The notes below the pieces were generated by a model that worked only from the letters and a program-made list of their open reading frames with translations, searched no databases and had not been told where the DNA came from. Positions 59,178 to 64,000 of a stretch of 64,000 nt of DNA are shown here, one piece after another (position 1 is the first letter of the stretch; every line of letters starts with the position of its first letter). Source of the stretch: Vicinamibacteria bacterium (GTDB lineage Bacteria > Acidobacteriota > Vicinamibacteria > Marinacidobacterales > Marinacidobacteraceae); assembly GCA_963668695.2 (NCBI GenBank), contig CAXXLQ010000004.1, forward strand, positions 2,688,001 through 2,752,000, written 5' to 3'. Both the position numbers and the translations under genes were made by a program.

Positions 59178-59799
59178 CAGCCGGTGGTGGAACCCGGGTG
59201 AGCGCCGAGGCTGGCCAGTTCTCCCGGTGGGGGCGAGGCCCAGTTCTCCCGGTGGGGGTCCGGGTGACAAGGCGGGTGAGGGAGGAGCCCCCACCGGGAG
59301 AACTGGCCCGGGTGTATTCCGACCGAAACGCAACGATGAGCGGCGCGCAGCGACGCGGGTAACAGCCGGTGGTGGAACCCGCGTGAGCGCCGAGGCCGGC
59401 CAGTTCTCCCGGTGGGGGCGAGGCCCAGTTCTCCCGGTGGGGGTCCGGCTGACAAGGCGGGTGAGGGAGGAGCCCCCACCGGGAGAACTGGCCCGAGTGT
59501 ATTTCGACCGAAACGCAACGCAGAGCGGCGCGCAGCGACGCGGGTAACAGCCGGTGGTGGAACCCACGTGAGCGCCGAGGTTGGCCAGTTCTCCCGGTGG
59601 GGGCGAGGCCCAGTTCTCCCGGTGGGGGTCCGGCTGACAAGGCGCGTGAGGGAGGAGCCCCCACCGGGAGAACTGGCCCGAGTGTATTCCGACCGAAACG
59701 CAACGCAGAGCGCCGCAACACGGCGCGGTTCAGCCGGGATGCATCGCCGCTCGAGCCCCCACCGGGAGAACTGGGCCGCCTGGGTTCCACGACAGGCTG
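59178..59799 (+). mobile_element. Tandem MITE array (two truncated 185-bp units plus one full unit) at the CBS stop codon
   Basis: CAGCCGGTGG starts at 59178, 59363, 59548; one right TIR; flanks CTAA/TTAA; 10 motif insertions. Confidence 0.9.
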
Positions 59800-59812
59800 T
59801 TAAGAACGGCGA

Positions 59813-61420
59813 TTACATTCGCCGCCAGCGGGTACCCACGCCGCCCTCGCGCGGGGTCCAGCGGGGGCCGAAGACGTCGGCCGCGCGGCAGTCCACGCAG
59901 TTCGAGGGGTTGACCGTCAGCCCGTCGTCACGGGCCTCGTACACCCCCGCCGGACAGATCCGTTCCCAAAGCGCCGCGGTTTCGGGCGGCACCCGGTCCG
60001 GAACCACGAGATGCGAGGGGATGTCGTCCCGCGTGTTGTTTCCGGAACGAAAGACCCCGTCGAGCTTCGAAAAGGGCAGGGGAGCGGCGGGTTCGGCCGC
60101 CTCCCGGGGGGCCGCCACATCTTCCTCCACCTTGAGGGTGCCGCCGGGAAGGGCTCCCGCGGTCAGGGTGGCGAGTACGGAGACGAAAGCTCCGCGGTAG
60201 AACCCGCGCTGGAATGCCGGCCGCATGTTCCGGTTGCGGTTCAGGTCGGCGAGGATCTCGCTGTCCTGCAGCGAAGCGTCGTAGAGCGACAGCGGCACGC
60301 CGGCGCGCAGATGCGCGACTGCCGCATCGGCGGCCAGGATGCCCGACAGCATGGCGTAGTGGATGCCTTTCAGCGACGGGACGTCCACGAATCCGGCGGT
60401 GTCTCCGACGAGCAGGAGTCCATCGCCCGAGAGCCGCTCCGGGAGCGAGCCGATTCCGCCTTCCGGTATCAGCCGGGCTCCCCACTCGAGGCATTCGCCG
60501 CCCTCCAGATGACGCCCGATCCGGGGGTGCGCCTTGAGCAGTTGGAGCGCCCGATGCGCATCGAGCGCCTCCGTGGGCGCATCGAGCCCGACCACCATTC
60601 CCACCGCCGAGAGGTCTTCGCCCATCGGATAGAGGAAGCCACCCCCGAACGCGGACCGGGGCAGGGGGTAACCCATCGTATGGATCACCCGGTCCGGTGG
60701 GTTCTCCGACCGCCAGAGCTCCTTCACCCCCAGCGCGAAAATGGGTGGGTTGGGCGACGAAATGCCGAGCCGTTCGCGCCACGCCTGACCCAGCGGGCCG
60801 CGGGCTCCCTCGGCGAGGATGACGACCCGGGCCGCCACTTCGGTCGGAGGTTCGAAGCCTGACCCGGGAGACCCGTCCTTTCGCAATCCGGCGGGCACCG
60901 TTTCGAATCCGAGTACCCGGTTTTCCCGCATGAGCAGCGAGCCGATCGCGAAACCGGGAAACACCTCGACCCCGAGATCCTCCGCCTGCTCCCCCAGCCA
61001 CCGGGCGATCTCCGAGAGCGAGGCCGTGAAGAAGCCGTGGTTCCGCATGGTGGGGGGAGTCGGCACCCGGATCCCGCGTCTGACGGTCAGGAAATGAACG
61101 CTCTCGCGGTTCACCCGCGTCCGGAACGGGAACTCCTGGTCCTCCATCGCGGGGAAGAGCTGCCGGAACGCGACCGGATTGACCACCGCCCCCGAAAGGC
61201 AGTGCCCACCGAGTTCCGCCGCTTTTTCGAAGACCGAGATCGAGAACTCCTCGCCGGCCGCCCTCGCCGTCTGGGCCAAACGGATCGCGGCGGCCAGCCC
61301 GGCGGGTCCACCACCCACGATCGCCACGTCGAAGGGCAGGGCGTCGGGGCCCGGAACACGGTCGGCCAGCAGCCGGTCCACCGGAAGCGGTGGCCGGGTC
61401 TCGCGGAGGTTGATGCTCAT
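59813..61420 (-). CDS. Electron transfer flavoprotein-ubiquinone oxidoreductase
   Basis: GGGPAGL, HCLSGA, IPEGG, LKGIHYAM, CPAGVYE, NCVDC. Confidence 0.9.
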   Translation of the reverse strand: MSINLRETRPPLPVDRLLADRVPGPDALPFDVAIVGGGPAGLAAAIRLAQTARAAGEEFSISVFEKAAELGGHCLSGAVVNPVAFRQLFPAMEDQEFPFRTRVNRESVHFLTVRRGIRVPTPPTMRNHGFFTASLSEIARWLGEQAEDLGVEVFPGFAIGSLLMRENRVLGFETVPAGLRKDGSPGSGFEPPTEVAARVVILAEGARGPLGQAWRERLGISSPNPPIFALGVKELWRSENPPDRVIHTMGYPLPRSAFGGGFLYPMGEDLSAVGMVVGLDAPTEALDAHRALQLLKAHPRIGRHLEGGECLEWGARLIPEGGIGSLPERLSGDGLLLVGDTAGFVDVPSLKGIHYAMLSGILAADAAVAHLRAGVPLSLYDASLQDSEILADLNRNRNMRPAFQRGFYRGAFVSVLATLTAGALPGGTLKVEEDVAAPREAAEPAAPLPFSKLDGVFRSGNNTRDDIPSHLVVPDRVPPETAALWERICPAGVYEARDDGLTVNPSNCVDCRAADVFGPRWTPREGGVGTRWRRM

Positions 61421-61522
61421 CCGCCGGTGCCGGGGTCCTCTCCTGGACGACGGCGATGATTCGGGCGAGATAGATGAAGTGATGCCTGATGCGCCGCATC
61501 ATTTCCTGCTACGCTGCCGTCC

Positions 61523-61762
61523 ATGAGGACGACCCTGAACCTTGCTCCCGAAGCCGCGGCCAAGGTGCGCCAGCTCGCCGAGCAGCGTTCCCAGACCCTG
61601 GGCGCCATCGCCTCGGAGCTGATCCTGCTGGCGCTCGAACCAAAGGAGGCGCCGCGCGTCAGGAACGGAGTGCCGATCTTCAACGAACGTGTTCCGGGTG
61701 CTGAGGCGCGTCCCGCCACCACGCTCGAATTGGTCAACCGACTCCGCGACGAGGAGCCGTGA
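61523..61762 (+). CDS. VapB-like antitoxin
   Basis: MRTTLNL...LGAIASEL...RNGVP..VNRLRDE; overlaps vapC. Confidence 0.85.
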   Translation: MRTTLNLAPEAAAKVRQLAEQRSQTLGAIASELILLALEPKEAPRVRNGVPIFNERVPGAEARPATTLELVNRLRDEEP

Positions 61763-62196
61763 GCCACCTGCTCGACGTCAACTTTCTGGTGGCCCTGTTC
61801 GACCGCTGGCACGTGAACCACGGCGCGGCGCACCGGTGGTTCGAGGAAGACTGCCGGTCCGATTGGGCGACATGTTCGATAACGGAACTCGGGTGTGTCC
61901 GGGTGCTGTCGAATCCCGCCCTGGCGCTCGCGTGGGCTACCCCACCCGAGGTATCGAAGCGCCTCGAGAGCCTGTGCGGATCGGGAGGCCATGTCTTCTG
62001 GCCTGACGACCTCCCGCCGCGGAGTTCGCTGGACGATGACCTTGGCGGGCGTCTCCGGGGACACAAGCAGGTGACCGACTTCCATCTGGCCGCTCTCGCG
62101 CTTCGCCATGGTGGGCGGCTGGTGACGTTCGATGGCCGGTTGGCGCGGTCGCTGGCTGGTAGCCGACTCGCTTCTGCGGTGATGCTGGTCCGGTAG
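61759..62196 (+). CDS. vapC: VapC PIN toxin
   Basis: LLDVNFLVAL, TELG..R..SNP, QVTD.HL.ALA, LVTFD. Confidence 0.9.
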   Translation: MSHLLDVNFLVALFDRWHVNHGAAHRWFEEDCRSDWATCSITELGCVRVLSNPALALAWATPPEVSKRLESLCGSGGHVFWPDDLPPRSSLDDDLGGRLRGHKQVTDFHLAALALRHGGRLVTFDGRLARSLAGSRLASAVMLVR

Positions 62197-62231
62197 GGGC
62201 GGCCCGGTGCCGGCCCACCGCGTTGCCTGCC

Positions 62232-64000
62232 TCATCCGCCGAACCGTTCTGGGTCCCATTGCAGGCCGAGCTCCGAGGGCGGCGCGATGTAGCCGAGAAG
62301 CGCGGAAGCGGCAACCACCGCCGGGCTCGCCAGATAGCCCTCCCCGCCGCGGCCCATGCGGTTTTCCCAGTTCCGGTTGAAGGAGGTGATCGCCCGCATC
62401 CCCGGTTGGAGGGCGTCCTCGCCCTGTCCGAAGCAGGGGCCGCACCAGGAGGCGCGGATTTCGCCGCCCACGGAGCGGAGGACGGAAGCGATCGGCTCCC
62501 CCCCGAGTCGCGGTTCGCCCTGCTCGATCTGCTTGCGAACGCCTCCCGATCCCGGAAAGATGACGAACTTCTCCCGCGCCCGGTCGTGCCCCTGGTCGCG
62601 GGCGGCGCGGACGACCTGGGCGGCGGACAACAGATCTTCGTAACTGCCGTTCGTGCACGAGCCGATGTAGGCGCGGTCGAAGCCGAGGCGACTCTCCGCC
62701 ACCCGGGTCGCCGGGTGCGCATTCCCGGGCGCCGCCGGGAGCGCCACCAGCGGTTCGGCGGTTGCGAGGTCGAAGACTTCTTCCTCGGCGAACCGCGCGG
62801 AGGGGCCGCTCGCGAGGCGGGGGTAGGGAAGGTCCCGGATCCCGCGGCTTTCGTAGAAGCCGGAAGTCACCTCGTCGAAGGCGAAGATCCCGTTCCAGGC
62901 CTCCGCTTCGGCCATCATGTTGCAGATCGTGTTGCGCCACGCGATCGGCAGGGCGCCAGCCGGATCGACGAATTCCACGGAGGCGCCGGCGGCGGCCCCG
63001 TTCCACCTCGAGATGAGCGCCAGCACGATGTCCTTGCCCGAGGACCACGGAGGGAGTTCCCCGCTCAGCACCACCCGGCGGGCCGGTGCCGGAGTCAGAA
63101 AAACGCTGCCGGTGGCCCAGCCGAAGCCGAGTGCGGTCGATCCGATGCCGATGCCGAGCGCGCCGTAGGCGCCGTAGGCGCGGCTGTGGCTGTCGGCCCC
63201 CGGAATCACGGCGCCCGGCATGACGAGTCCCTGCTCGGGGAAGTAGAAGTGGAAGATCCCGTCGCCGGGAGTCGCGAACCAGGGAGGGCGAAGTTCCTCG
63301 GCAGCAGCGAATTTCCGGCTGATTGCGGTCTGCCGATCGTCGGCTTGGCGCCCCGTGAAGACGAAGTGGTCGTTCGCGATGGCGGCTTGGCGCGGATAGC
63401 TGGCGCCCCCGGTTATTTTCCGGAAGGTGTGGATCGCGAAAGGCGCGGTGCCGTCGGAAGCGGGCAGGAGGTCCGCCGCTACCAGGATGCTTTCTCCCAC
63501 CGAGACCGGAACCCGGGGATCCACCCGGTGGGCCCAGAGGATCTGCTCGGTCACGGTGAGCCGGCGCTGCTCTTCGGGGCCGGGCCATTCGATCCGCGGC
63601 TCGCTGGCCAGGGAGGCGAGGAACTCCCGGCGTCCGGCGGCGAAGATGCCACCCGTCGCCCGGAGTTCGGCTTCTTGCCGGTTGAGTGGCTTCGGCTCGT
63701 AGGTGCGGCCGAGCGATTCGTTGGTGAGTCGCCGGGTCGCCGGGTCGAAGCTGAAGCGGTGGCCATCCCGGGCGTCCTCGGCCGCGGCGGGACACTCGAG
63801 AACTTCGAGGCCGAGGTTCAGGGCATTCCGGCGGAAGATGTCGCCGATCCCGCGTCCGAGGACCAGCACCAGGGTGGTGCCCGCATCCCGTGCGATCCCG
63901 AGGAGTCCTGCCGGGCTCATCTCCCGCGAGGACCCGATACCGAACCGTTCGCCCGCGACCACGAAGTTCGCTCCGGCCCGTACCCGGGCGGCGAAATCAG
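62232..64000 (-). CDS. Aconitase-family protein, LeuD-like domain fused N-terminal to LeuC-like domain (5' partial)
   Basis: AGERFGIGSSRE, IFRRNALNLG; then NDH, GADSH, GSCTNG, CGPCFG, NRNWENRMG, ASP. Confidence 0.85.
   Translation of the reverse strand, partial: DFAARVRAGANFVVAGERFGIGSSREMSPAGLLGIARDAGTTLVLVLGRGIGDIFRRNALNLGLEVLECPAAAEDARDGHRFSFDPATRRLTNESLGRTYEPKPLNRQEAELRATGGIFAAGRREFLASLASEPRIEWPGPEEQRRLTVTEQILWAHRVDPRVPVSVGESILVAADLLPASDGTAPFAIHTFRKITGGASYPRQAAIANDHFVFTGRQADDRQTAISRKFAAAEELRPPWFATPGDGIFHFYFPEQGLVMPGAVIPGADSHSRAYGAYGALGIGIGSTALGFGWATGSVFLTPAPARRVVLSGELPPWSSGKDIVLALISRWNGAAAGASVEFVDPAGALPIAWRNTICNMMAEAEAWNGIFAFDEVTSGFYESRGIRDLPYPRLASGPSARFAEEEVFDLATAEPLVALPAAPGNAHPATRVAESRLGFDRAYIGSCTNGSYEDLLSAAQVVRAARDQGHDRAREKFVIFPGSGGVRKQIEQGEPRLGGEPIASVLRSVGGEIRASWCGPCFGQGEDALQPGMRAITSFNRNWENRMGRGGEGYLASPAVVAASALLGYIAPPSELGLQWDPERFGG

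Noticed and set aside
59813-59960. ETF-QO Fe-S motif with only three cysteines (CPAG...CVDCRAAD) as a sign of inactivation
   Set aside because: The rest of the gene is intact and this may be a lineage variant; it cannot be judged without an alignment

Overview
High-GC (about 70%) bacterial chromosome segment. Oar-type TonB receptors, a VWA protein and TolB-CehA/McbA proteins suggest Acidobacteriota, possibly host-associated (inference). It contains two molybdenum-hydroxylase (cox-like) loci: a partial large subunit plus XdhC-YHS at the left edge, and a form II coxSLM-D-E-xdhC cluster followed by an AttEFGH-like ABC/lipocalin module, puuD and a TctCBA transporter. Also present are many secreted hydrolases, core metabolic genes (acyl-CoA dehydrogenase, MeaB-epimerase fusion, pyk, CBS, ETF-QO, a LeuD-LeuC-like fusion), tRNA-Val(CAC), and seven intact toxin-antitoxin modules plus one remnant. 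The most unusual features are non-coding. (1) A 179-bp MITE family occurs at nine sites (one a three-unit tandem), with 4-bp YTAR/GTAC flanks that are often mismatched. (2) An 18-21-bp motif (CCCCACCGGGAGAACTGG) has been inserted into the MITE at four positions in both orientations, without target duplications. (3) A helically phased 19-copy AGCGTGGAGTTC array lies beside tRNA-Val, and the block is bracketed by 38-bp inverted repeats containing the same motif. (4) Two A-B'-cargo-A'-B duplication scars suggest single-crossover gene acquisition.
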